NCBI GenBank assembly: GCA_016869375.1
Contig: VGEH01000002.1
Coordinates: forward strand, 2,044-66,043
DNA length: 64,000 nucleotides
Direction of reading: 5' to 3'
Source of the DNA: Alphaproteobacteria bacterium
GTDB lineage: Bacteria; Pseudomonadota; Alphaproteobacteria; SHVZ01
The stretch's first letter is position 1. Each line of letters begins with the position of its first letter. The notes under the pieces were generated by a model. The model was given only the letters and a program-made list of their open reading frames with translations, did no database searches and had not been told where the DNA came from. This document shows positions 55,113 to 62,901 of this stretch, piece after piece. The translations under genes and the position numbers were made by a program.

Positions 55113-55292
55113 GACTATAGTTATCAATCGCTGGCTTTCAAGGCCAGAGGATCGAATCGCCGATCCTTCGTCGCGGCATTCCCTCCCCGCGGCTGACTAG
55201 AGCTTTGATGGTGCGTGCCTTCTCGCCGCTGTCGCGCGAGGTGCGGCGCCCGGCTACTCTCCGCGCCCCTTCAGGTCCCTAGGACGTGCTTG

Positions 55293-56231
55293 ATGCCGCT
55301 TTCCGCCGACCAGGCCCGCGAGATCGAACAGCTTCGCTCCCAGTCGCAGCCGACGCTCCGGCCGACCGTGCCGGCGCTCGAGGAGATCCTCTACACGGCG
55401 GTCCCGATTCTCGATCACGGCCTGTTGCGCGTCATCGACTACATGGGCGACGACGCGGCGGTGGTGCAGGCGGCGCGCGTCTCCTACGGACGCGGCACCA
55501 AGAAGGTCAGCGAGGATCGCGGCCTCATCCAGTACCTGATGCGCCATCGCCACTCGACGCCTTTCGAGATGTGCGAGATCAAGTTCCACGTGAAGCTGCC
55601 AATCTTCGTCGCGCGCCAGTGGATCCGACACCGCACGGCGAACGTCAACGAGTACTCGGCGCGCTACTCGATCCTCGACCGTGAGTTCTACATGCCGGCG
55701 CCGGCGCAGCTCGGCGTGCAGTCTGAGATCAACCGCCAGGGCCGCGGCGACGTGCTCGAAGGCGCCGAGGCGGCCGAGGTGATGAAGCTGCTCAAGGACG
55801 ATGCCGAGCAGGTCTATGCGCATTACCAGAAGATGATGAATGTCGACGACGCGGGCGCGGCCATCGACGAGTCCCGCCGGGGCCTCGCGCGCGAGCTCGC
55901 GCGCATGAACCTCACGCTCAACTACTACACCCAGTGGTACTGGAAGACGGATCTCCTGAACCTGCTCAACTTCCTTTCGCTGCGCGCCGATCCGCATGCG
56001 CAGTACGAGATCCGCGTCTATGCGGAGGCGATGCTCGACATCGTCAGGCGCTGGGTGCCCTGGACCTACGAGGCGTTCGAGCAGTATCGGCTCAAGGGCG
56101 TCAGCCTCTCGGCCAAGGGCTGGGATGTGGTGAAGGGCCTGATAGAGGGCCGGCAGACGACGCAGGAATCCTCCGGCCTCTCCAAGCGCGAATGGCGCGA
56201 GCTCATGGCGCTGCTCGGCCGCGCCGAGTAG
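55293..56231 (+). CDS. thyX: FAD-dependent thymidylate synthase
   Basis: ATG 55293 ([10 protein letters not shown]). HSTPFEM, the ThyX motif region [18 protein letters not shown], and [20 protein letters not shown]. Confidence 0.88.
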   Translation: MPLSADQAREIEQLRSQSQPTLRPTVPALEEILYTAVPILDHGLLRVIDYMGDDAAVVQAARVSYGRGTKKVSEDRGLIQYLMRHRHSTPFEMCEIKFHVKLPIFVARQWIRHRTANVNEYSARYSILDREFYMPAPAQLGVQSEINRQGRGDVLEGAEAAEVMKLLKDDAEQVYAHYQKMMNVDDAGAAIDESRRGLARELARMNLTLNYYTQWYWKTDLLNLLNFLSLRADPHAQYEIRVYAEAMLDIVRRWVPWTYEAFEQYRLKGVSLSAKGWDVVKGLIEGRQTTQESSGLSKREWRELMALLGRAE

Positions 56232-56241
56232 GCGCCTGCCG

Positions 56242-56664
56242 ATGGATCCGGTCCTGACGCTCACCGATGCGGCGGATGCGGAGGCCAAGGCGGCGATCAG
56301 CGAGGGGCTTCGAGACTATAATCGCGAGCAGGCGGGCTTCACCGATGGCCGCGGTCTCTCGATCCTGATCTCCGACCCGGCGACCGGCAAGGTGGTCGGC
56401 GGGCTCACCGGCTGGACCTCCTACGGCGTCTTCTTCCTCGACCTGTTCCACATACCCGCGGACATGCGCCGCCGGGGCCTCGGCGATCGCATCATGCGGA
56501 TGGCCGAGGACGAGGCGCGCAGCCGTGGCTGCACGAAGGCCGTGGTCTACACCATCACCTTCCAGGCGCCCGCCTATTGCGAACGGCACGGCTACACGCG
56601 CTTCGGCACCGTCGAGGTCCCGCCTCCCGGCGCGTCGCGCGTCCATCTGCAGAAAACGCTCTAG
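56242..56664 (+). CDS. GNAT family N-acetyltransferase
   Basis: 140 aa. LFHIPADMRRRGLGDRIMRMAEDEAR (acetyl-CoA binding loop). Confidence 0.8.
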   Translation: MDPVLTLTDAADAEAKAAISEGLRDYNREQAGFTDGRGLSILISDPATGKVVGGLTGWTSYGVFFLDLFHIPADMRRRGLGDRIMRMAEDEARSRGCTKAVVYTITFQAPAYCERHGYTRFGTVEVPPPGASRVHLQKTL

Positions 56665-57092
56665 CCAGCCTTCACGCGCTCGACGAGCGCCGGAAGCGAT
56701 CTGAGATCGTAGCCCTTGGTCGCGGCCTCGGCGACAAGCGCGGCCGGATCCTTGCCCTTCAGCGCTTGGCCGGTTGCCCACATCAGGTAGGTGCGGGTGC
56801 CGGAGCGGCAATGCGCGACGATTGGCTTCGCGGCACTCGCAATGTTGCGCTCGAGCTCCGCGACGTCCTTGGCCGCTATCGCGCTCGTCGACACTGGTTG
56901 ATAGATATAGGCGATGTCGTGGTGCTTGGCTTCGTCGCGGACCACCGAGGCCGGCGGCTGCGCCGATTCCTCTCCATCCGGCCGGTTGTTGATGATGGTG
57001 CGGAAGCCTTCTTCCGCGAGCTGAGGCACGTCGGCCGCGTTGAGCTGAGCAGCGACGAACAGGCCGGGGGCGATCTCGGTGGTACGGGGCAT
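56661..57092 (-). CDS. TIGR01244/DUF442 family protein (phosphatase-fold sulfur-transferase-like, Blh N-domain type)
   Basis: ATG 57092 lies 8 nt after AGGAG; the ORF-track start is GTG 57101. FRTIINNRPDGEE and the Cys-X5-Arg loop HCRSGTR. Confidence 0.8.
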   Translation of the reverse strand: MPRTTEIAPGLFVAAQLNAADVPQLAEEGFRTIINNRPDGEESAQPPASVVRDEAKHHDIAYIYQPVSTSAIAAKDVAELERNIASAAKPIVAHCRSGTRTYLMWATGQALKGKDPAALVAEAATKGYDLRSLPALVERVKAG

Positions 57093-57110
57093 CGTCGACA
57101 CTCCTGGGAA

Positions 57111-57971
57111 TCAGACACGGTCGATTGGAATCTTGAGGTAGCGGACTCCGTTGTCCTCCGGGGGCGGCAACTGGCCGGCCCGCATGTTCACCTGTACGGA
57201 TGGCAGGATCAGGCGGGGCATGTCCAGTGTCGCGTCACGCGCATTTCGCGCTGCGACGAACTCGTCTTCGAGAACCCCGTCATGCATATGCACGTTGCGT
57301 GCGCGCTGATCGGCGACCGTGCTTTCCCAGGCATAGTCGCGACCGCCCGGCGCGTAGTCGTGTCCGGTGAACAGTCGCGTCGCCGGAGGCAGTTCGAGGA
57401 TGCGCCGGATCGACTTGAAGAGCATTCGCGCGTCGCCGCCGGGGAAGTCGGTACGGGCCGTGCCGAAATCGGGCATGAAGAGCGTGTCGCCGACGAAAGC
57501 GGCATCGCCGATGACATAGGTGAGATCGGCCGGCGTATGGCCGGGAGTGTGCAGGACGCGTGATTCGAGCGAGCCGATGCGAAAGGTCTCGCCGTCGCGG
57601 AAAAGATGGTCGAACTGACGCCCGTCGACGGCGAAGGCCGGCTCGGCGTTGAACAGCGACTTGAACACCTTCTGGACCCGACAGACATGTTCCCCGATGC
57701 CGATGCGGCCACCGAGTTTCCCTTTGAGATAGGGCGCCGCCGACAGGTGATCGGCATGCACATGGGTCTCCAGGATCCATTCGACCTCGATGCCCCGCTC
57801 GCGAACCGCCGTGATCAGGCGATCGGCAGAAGCCGTCGAAGTGCGGCCTGAATTCGGGTCGTAGTCGAGAACGGAATCGATGATGGCCGCCCGCGACGAG
57901 GAAGGGTCGGTCACGATGTAGCTGACGGTGTAGGTGGCCTTGTCGAAGAAGGCGGCGACATCGGGCTTCAT
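57111..57971 (-). CDS. MBL-fold persulfide dioxygenase (Blh/ETHE1-like)
   Basis: 286 aa. Metal motif THVHADHLS, HTPGHTP, FVGDTLFMPDFGTARTDFPGG, TGHDY. Confidence 0.85.
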   Translation of the reverse strand: MKPDVAAFFDKATYTVSYIVTDPSSSRAAIIDSVLDYDPNSGRTSTASADRLITAVRERGIEVEWILETHVHADHLSAAPYLKGKLGGRIGIGEHVCRVQKVFKSLFNAEPAFAVDGRQFDHLFRDGETFRIGSLESRVLHTPGHTPADLTYVIGDAAFVGDTLFMPDFGTARTDFPGGDARMLFKSIRRILELPPATRLFTGHDYAPGGRDYAWESTVADQRARNVHMHDGVLEDEFVAARNARDATLDMPRLILPSVQVNMRAGQLPPPEDNGVRYLKIPIDRV

Positions 57972-58031
57972 AGGGGACTCTCCGGGTTTTCTGTTCGGCG
58001 GAAGGCCGCCGGGTATTGACGATGTGGTATT

Positions 58032-58058
58032 ATTTCATATATGAGTCAAGTATGAAAT
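58032..58058. promoter_or_regulatory. AT-rich dyad operator candidate: ATTTCATATATGA-N6-TATGAAAT
   Basis: TCATATATGA (58035-58044) is a perfect 10-bp palindrome. atttcata (58032-58039) and tatgaaat (58051-58058) are reverse complements. TTGAC (58016-58020) lies upstream. The 3' arm covers ATG 58052. Confidence 0.5.
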
Positions 58059-58372
58059 TAAAGCTCGATCCCGCGCGCATGGAGGCGAGCGCCACCGAGG
58101 CCGAGGCTTTCCTGCGCTCGATCGCCAGCCGCCACCGCCTGATGGTGCTGTGCAGCTTGCTTGACGGCGAAGTATCGGCCGGCGAACTCGGCCGCGCTCT
58201 CGGCCTCACCCAGTCAAACCTCTCCCGCCATCTCTCGACGCTACGCGAGGAGGGGCTGGTCGCGACGCGCCGCGAGCGAACGACGATCTACTACCGCATC
58301 GCCTCCGAGCGCGTGCGGCCCATTCTGCAGGAGCTCTATCGGCTCTTCTGCGCTCCCGACAAATCCAGCTGA
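58052..58372 (+). CDS. ArsR/SmtB family regulator, BigR/SqrR-like persulfide sensor
   Basis: 106 aa from MKLKLDPARME. wHTH GELGRALGLTQSNLSRHLSTLREEGLV. Two Cys residues (Cys34 in VLCSLL, Cys100 in LFCAPD) sit where BigR-type sensors carry their redox pair. Confidence 0.8.
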   Translation: MKLKLDPARMEASATEAEAFLRSIASRHRLMVLCSLLDGEVSAGELGRALGLTQSNLSRHLSTLREEGLVATRRERTTIYYRIASERVRPILQELYRLFCAPDKSS

Positions 58373-58381
58373 GAGGAATCG

Positions 58382-58807
58382 ATGGCGAACTTCACCCCTG
58401 TCGCGGCAATCGTCGGCGGCGTGCTTGTCGGTCTGGCCGCCGTGCTGCTCTGGCTTGCGAACGGTCGCATCGCTGGCATCAGCGGCATCGTCGGCGGATT
58501 GATGACTCCCCAGCGCGGCGATCTCGCCTGGCGCTTCGCCTTCATTCTCGGCCTTGCCGCCGGACCTCTGCTTTATGCCGGCCTCGGCGGAGCGGTGCCG
58601 GCCGTCGAGGTGACGCCCTCGATCCCGTTGCTGGTCGCCGGCGGCCTCCTGGTCGGCTACGGCACGCGGCTCGGCGGCGGATGCACGAGCGGCCACGGCG
58701 TCTGCGGGCTGGCGCGGCTGTCGCCTCGCTCTCTTGCCGCGACCGTGACCTTCCTTGTCGCAGGCCTGGTCACTGTCTTCATAGCCCGCCACGCCCTTGG
58801 AGCCTGA
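58382..58807 (+). CDS. YeeE/YedE family sulfur-compound transporter half (DUF395)
   Basis: 141 aa membrane protein with GYGTRLGGGCTSGHGVCGLARLS. Confidence 0.85.
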   Translation: MANFTPVAAIVGGVLVGLAAVLLWLANGRIAGISGIVGGLMTPQRGDLAWRFAFILGLAAGPLLYAGLGGAVPAVEVTPSIPLLVAGGLLVGYGTRLGGGCTSGHGVCGLARLSPRSLAATVTFLVAGLVTVFIARHALGA

Positions 58808-58808
58808 A

Positions 58809-59255
58809 ATGCGCCCCCTTTCCTCCGCCTTTGCCGCCGGTCTCTTGCTGGGCGTCGGCCTTGCCGTCTCTCAGATGGTCAATCCCGCCAAAGTGATCGG
58901 CTTCCTCGATGTCGCCGGAGCCTGGGATCCAAGCCTTCTCTTCGTCCTCGGCGGCGCTGTCGTTGCCGCGACCATCGGATTCGGCCTGGCGGGCCGGCTC
59001 ACGGCCACCCCCCTCTTCGCGGAGGCGTTCCGGAGTCCGACGTCGCGCGCCATCGACCTGCGCCTGATCGCAGGCTCGGCGCTGTTTGGAGTCGGCTGGG
59101 GTCTGGTCGGCCTCTGCCCCGGTCCGGCGATTGCCGGATTCGGCCTGGCACCCGGCAGCCTAGCGCTGTTCGTCGCCGCCATGCTGGCCGGCATGGGCGT
59201 GTTCTCGCTGAGCGAATCCCTGCTCATGCAGCGGCATCCTCCGCGCTCGGCCTAG
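58809..59255 (+). CDS. YeeE/YedE-related membrane protein (second half)
   Basis: ATG 58809, 2 nt after the upstream TGA. GVGWGLVGLCPGPAI. Confidence 0.8.
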   Translation: MRPLSSAFAAGLLLGVGLAVSQMVNPAKVIGFLDVAGAWDPSLLFVLGGAVVAATIGFGLAGRLTATPLFAEAFRSPTSRAIDLRLIAGSALFGVGWGLVGLCPGPAIAGFGLAPGSLALFVAAMLAGMGVFSLSESLLMQRHPPRSA

Positions 59256-59265
59256 TCCTGCGGCG

Positions 59266-60036
59266 ATGCACGAGCTTCTCGCGATCCTCTCGGGCGTGCT
59301 GGTCGGCTTCTCGCTCGGCCTGGTCGGCGGCGGCGGCTCGATCCTGGCGGTGCCTCTCCTGATGTATGTAGTCGGCCTGGCCGATCCGCACACAGCGATA
59401 GGCACCAGCGCGCTTGCGGTCGCTGCGACCGCATTCGCCAATCTCGCGCTTCACGCGCGCGCCGGCACGGTGAAGTGGCCTTGCGCGGCAACCTTCGCCG
59501 TCGCCGGCCTGACCGGCGCGCTGATCGGAGCATTCGTCGGCAAGCGCGTCGACGGCGACTATCTGCTTCTGGCGTTTGCCGTGGTCATGGTCGCGGTCGG
59601 CATCTCGATGCTGAGGCCGAAAGCGGCAGGCGGCGACCCTTCGGTCCGCATCGACTGGCCGATCGCGCGCCGCCTTGTTGCGATCGGATTCGTCACGGGA
59701 TTGCTTGCCGGCTTCTTCGGGATCGGTGGAGGCTTCCTGATCGTCCCGGGCATCATGCTGGGCAGCGGCATGCCGGTTCTCAATGCCGTCGGATCGTCGC
59801 TGTTCTCGGTCGGCGTCTTTGGCGCTGCGACGGCCTTCACCTACGCGCTTTCCGATCTCGTGGAGTGGAAGACGGCCGCTCTCTTTGTCATTGGCGGCGG
59901 CGCCGCCGGATTCCTGGGCAGGCGTGCGGCCGAGCGCCTGTCGGCGTACAAGGGAGCGCTGAACCTGGTCTTCGCCGCGGTGATCTTCGTCGTCGCTGCC
60001 TACATGCTCCTGCGCGGCGTTGCGGCCATCGCCTAG
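59266..60036 (+). CDS. TauE/SafE family sulfite exporter
   Basis: 256 aa polytopic protein. LGLVGGGGSILAVPLL and the second repeat GFFGIGGGFLIVPG. Confidence 0.85.
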   Translation: MHELLAILSGVLVGFSLGLVGGGGSILAVPLLMYVVGLADPHTAIGTSALAVAATAFANLALHARAGTVKWPCAATFAVAGLTGALIGAFVGKRVDGDYLLLAFAVVMVAVGISMLRPKAAGGDPSVRIDWPIARRLVAIGFVTGLLAGFFGIGGGFLIVPGIMLGSGMPVLNAVGSSLFSVGVFGAATAFTYALSDLVEWKTAALFVIGGGAAGFLGRRAAERLSAYKGALNLVFAAVIFVVAAYMLLRGVAAIA

Positions 60037-61061
60037 GCATAGGCCGCGCGCATGCGTTCCAGCTCGTTCTTCATCTGCTCGCGCCACTCTGACGGTTCCA
60101 GGATCTCGGCTCCCGGCCCGAGCCAGCGCACGAGCTGCATCACATAGGGCGCATCGACCTCGCCATAGGTCATGATGACCTCGTTTTCGCCCACGCGCTC
60201 GAAACTCGACAATCCGAAGAACCAGTCGAGCCTGAGCCGTTCCGCCTGGACCGGCGTCATGCGGATGCGGACCGGGGAGGATTTGGCCCAGGCGGCCATC
60301 GCATCGGCGAGCCAGCGGCGTCCGAGATGCTTCCGAACGTCGAAATCGGGGCTGGGTTGGGCGCGCAGTGTCGTCGCCTCGATATCGATGATGCGATCGG
60401 CCCGCCAGAAGCGCTGGCCGCCAGAGCGGGTCGAGCCGATCTTGCGGCCGATCAGGTACCAGCGGTCGCGATCCCACAGCACGCCCTGCGGCTCGGCCTC
60501 GACCGGCGGCGCGTTGTTGCCGCGCCGATAGGTGGAGCGGTAGCCGAAGCGCACCTGCGTGCCGTCGAGCACGGCCTTGATGAAGATCTCGACCGCGCGG
60601 GTCTCGGTTGCGCGCGCGGTCTCGGGATCGCCCTCCGGCTTCTCCTCCGGATGGAAGGCATCCAGCGGCCGACCTTCGAAGCCGATCAGGCGACGCGTCT
60701 CGGTCAGCAGCGCGCGCATGCGCTCAGGCAAAACGGAGACCAGCTTCTGCTCGGCGCTTTCGAGCTTCTCGGGGAAAGGCGGGACGCGGAGCCCGCGCGC
60801 GAGCGCCAGGCCCATCAGCACGGCGACCGCCTCGTCGCGCGAGAAGGAGACCGGCGGCAGGAAGAAGCCTTCCATGAGGCGATAGCCGCCCTCGACGCCG
60901 CGCTCGGCATACACCGGCACGCCGGTCGCGCTCAGCATCTCCATGTCGCGATAGATGGTGCGGACCGAGACCTCGAAACGCTCCGCCAGCTCCGGCGCCG
61001 TGACCAGGCGACCGTCGCTCAGGAGCAGCAGGATGGCGAAGCCCCTCTCGATCCTCGTCAT
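60033..61061 (-). CDS. YafY family transcriptional regulator (HTH + WYL domain)
   Basis: Start MTRIERGFAILLLL (cat 61059-61061). HTH VTAPELAERFEVSVRTIYRDMEML. WYL region GVLWDRDRWYLIG. Confidence 0.85.
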   Translation of the reverse strand: MTRIERGFAILLLLSDGRLVTAPELAERFEVSVRTIYRDMEMLSATGVPVYAERGVEGGYRLMEGFFLPPVSFSRDEAVAVLMGLALARGLRVPPFPEKLESAEQKLVSVLPERMRALLTETRRLIGFEGRPLDAFHPEEKPEGDPETARATETRAVEIFIKAVLDGTQVRFGYRSTYRRGNNAPPVEAEPQGVLWDRDRWYLIGRKIGSTRSGGQRFWRADRIIDIEATTLRAQPSPDFDVRKHLGRRWLADAMAAWAKSSPVRIRMTPVQAERLRLDWFFGLSSFERVGENEVIMTYGEVDAPYVMQLVRWLGPGAEILEPSEWREQMKNELERMRAAYA

Positions 61062-61082
61062 TTTTGAATGATGACAGAGTTG

Positions 61083-61120
61083 TCGCAAAAAATCGCCGGT
61101 CTCGTGCGATTTTTTGGCGA
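61083..61120. promoter_or_regulatory. long inverted repeat CAAAAAATCGC-N9-GCGATTTTTTG (candidate operator or leader hairpin)
   Basis: 61086-61096 and 61106-61116 are exact reverse complements; three further pairs (tcg/cga) follow after a 1-nt bulge. Flanked by the outer TGACAG (61072-61077) / CTGTCA (61135-61140). Confidence 0.45.
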
Positions 61121-61173
61121 TACCTGACACGATGCTGTCAGGGCAGAGGCCTTACATTCGCGTTATCGAAAGG

Positions 61174-61464
61174 ATGACCCTCATGACCCTGACCGCTTCC
61201 GGGACATTGCCGACCGGGCTGGCGCAGCTGGCCCGCCGGCCCTATTCGCCGCATTCCTGTCGCTTCATTCGCCGCCAGGACCTCGGCGACTGGCGCATGA
61301 AGGTCTACGGCATCGCTGCGAGGCCCGGTCATGACGCAAGGCCGGGGCTGGTCGATGCAACGGTCGACCTCGCGCGCCAGTGGCTGCCCAAGGACGTGCT
61401 CGCTAACCCCGCCGGCCCCGATCTCGACCGCTATCTCAGCCGTCGCACCGACGCCGATCTCTGA
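61174..61464 (+). CDS. hypothetical protein (96 aa), no family recognised
   Basis: ATG 61174 or 61183 within ORF 61114..61464. The earlier start would lie inside the inverted repeat. Third positions are moderately GC-rich. Confidence 0.4.
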   Translation: MTLMTLTASGTLPTGLAQLARRPYSPHSCRFIRRQDLGDWRMKVYGIAARPGHDARPGLVDATVDLARQWLPKDVLANPAGPDLDRYLSRRTDADL

Positions 61465-61490
61465 CGTCCCTCTCTCCCAAGGAGACTTTC

Positions 61491-61715
61491 ATGCAGAACC
61501 AAGCCTCGGCCAGGCGCCTGCGCCTGAGCTCCCGCCCGTCGCTCCTGAGCCCGATCCAGGTGCTCACCCGTCTCTCCGAGCTCCTCGCCACCTGGGAGCG
61601 CCGGGCACGCGAGCGCCGCATGCTGGCCGAGATGTCGCCTCACATGCTGAAGGACCTCGGCATCGCACGCAGCGAGGCGAGCGCAGAATCGCAGAAGCCG
61701 TTCTGGCGGGGCTGA
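61491..61715 (+). CDS. DUF1127 domain small protein (74 aa)
   Basis: SD aaggaga at 61479-61485. C-terminal DUF1127 pattern WERRARERRMLAEMSPHMLKDLGIARSEASAESQKPFW. Confidence 0.85.
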   Translation: MQNQASARRLRLSSRPSLLSPIQVLTRLSELLATWERRARERRMLAEMSPHMLKDLGIARSEASAESQKPFWRG

Positions 61716-61753
61716 TCCGCCTTACTCGAAATCCCCAACCAAGGAAGAATCCA

Positions 61754-62131
61754 ATGCTCGACCATGTTTCGATCGGCGTGAAGGACATCGAAGCCGCGAA
61801 GAGGTTCTACGACGCGACGCTCAAGCCGCTCGGCTACACCTGCAAATACGCCAAAGGCACGGACGCCGGCTACGGCAAGGATGCGATCCAGCTCTGGCTG
61901 GGCCAGACGGCGACCCCGGTGAAGGAAGACATGGCCTCCGGCCTGCACTTCTCCTTCGTCGCGCCGACGCGAAAATCCGTCGACCAGTTTCACGCTGCGG
62001 GCCTCAAGGCCGGCGGCCGCGACAACGGCAAGCCGGGTCTCCGTCCCAATTATGGGCCGACCTACTACGCCGCCTTCGTCATCGATCCGGACGGCTATCG
62101 GATCGAGGCGCACTGCGAAGCGGCCGAGTAG
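61754..62131 (+). CDS. VOC (glyoxalase/bleomycin resistance/dioxygenase) family protein
   Basis: ATG 61754, 125 aa. MLDHVSIGVKDIEAAKRFYD...HFSF...AAFVIDPDGYRIEA. Confidence 0.85.
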   Translation: MLDHVSIGVKDIEAAKRFYDATLKPLGYTCKYAKGTDAGYGKDAIQLWLGQTATPVKEDMASGLHFSFVAPTRKSVDQFHAAGLKAGGRDNGKPGLRPNYGPTYYAAFVIDPDGYRIEAHCEAAE

Positions 62132-62134
62132 GCC

Positions 62135-62347
62135 ATGCCGTTCGATGGCGGCTTCTTCGCCCGTCCGCCGGTCGCGCCTCGGCGCGGCTGGCGGGCGCGG
62201 CTCGCCGATTGGCGAAGGAACCATTCGGCGCGCCAAGCGCTCGATCTCAACCAGCGGCTCGACCCGCGCTTTGCCCGCGACATCGGGCTGACGCAGACCG
62301 AGCTCGCCTTCGAGGTCGAGAAGCCTTTCTGGAAACCTCCGTCATGA
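62135..62347 (+). CDS. DUF1127 domain small protein (70 aa)
   Basis: WRRNHSARQALDLNQRLDPRFARDIGLTQTELAFEVEKPFW. The stop overlaps the next ATG (ATGA). Confidence 0.8.
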   Translation: MPFDGGFFARPPVAPRRGWRARLADWRRNHSARQALDLNQRLDPRFARDIGLTQTELAFEVEKPFWKPPS

Positions 62348-62901
62348 GACGCGACATCGTCTGGGAAAGGCTCGACCGTCCGGGCCTCGAGCATCTGGCT
62401 CTCGACGCCGATGCCAATGGCATCCGCGTCGAGAGCCTGGTGCTGCTCGATCTCGAAGCCGGCCTGGTCCGTCTCCGCTATCGCCTCGACATCGATACGG
62501 CATGGCGCACGCGGACCGCGTCATTCCACCTGGACCAAGGGACTACCAGTCGCTCTCTCGATGTAAGGCGCGACGGCGCAGGATGGGTCGTCGACGGCAA
62601 GCCGCGCGACGACCTTGCCGGTGCCGCGGACATCGACATCTCGGCGACGCCGCTCACCAACACCATGGCGGTCAGGCAGCTCGGGGTCGCCCCGGGCGAG
62701 AAGCGTACCTTCCTCACCGTCTATGTGCGCGTGCCGGAGCTGGCGGTGAGCGCCATGGACCAGGATTACACGCGCCTCGATCCGGCCGAGCCGCCGCGGC
62801 GCTTCAACTATGCGAGTCCGGGCTTTACCTCCGACGTGGCCTTCGATGCCGAAGGCCTGGTCGAGAACTATCCGCCCGGCTGGCGCAGGAGAACCTTGTG
62901 A
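62344..62901 (+). CDS. putative glycolipid-binding domain protein (Glycolipid_bind family)
   Basis: ATG 62344, 185 aa. VWERLDRPGLEHL..., DIDISATPLTNTMAVRQL, QDYTRL, GLVENYPPGW. Confidence 0.7.
   Translation: MRRDIVWERLDRPGLEHLALDADANGIRVESLVLLDLEAGLVRLRYRLDIDTAWRTRTASFHLDQGTTSRSLDVRRDGAGWVVDGKPRDDLAGAADIDISATPLTNTMAVRQLGVAPGEKRTFLTVYVRVPELAVSAMDQDYTRLDPAEPPRRFNYASPGFTSDVAFDAEGLVENYPPGWRRRTL

Noticed and set aside
61114-61173. Upstream start (61114) for the orphan ORF next to yafY
   Set aside because: It would place the start codon inside the long inverted repeat and only 53 bp from the divergent yafY start. The internal ATGs at 61174 and 61183 are more plausible, although the ORF itself remains weakly supported.
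61331-61753. N-terminal 141 codons of ORF 61331..62131 (266 aa) fused to the VOC domain
   Set aside because: It overlaps the better-supported DUF1127 gene, which has a strong SD and the family signature, in another frame. VOC proteins of this type are about 125 aa, and ATG 61754 gives the canonical MLDHVSIGV start.
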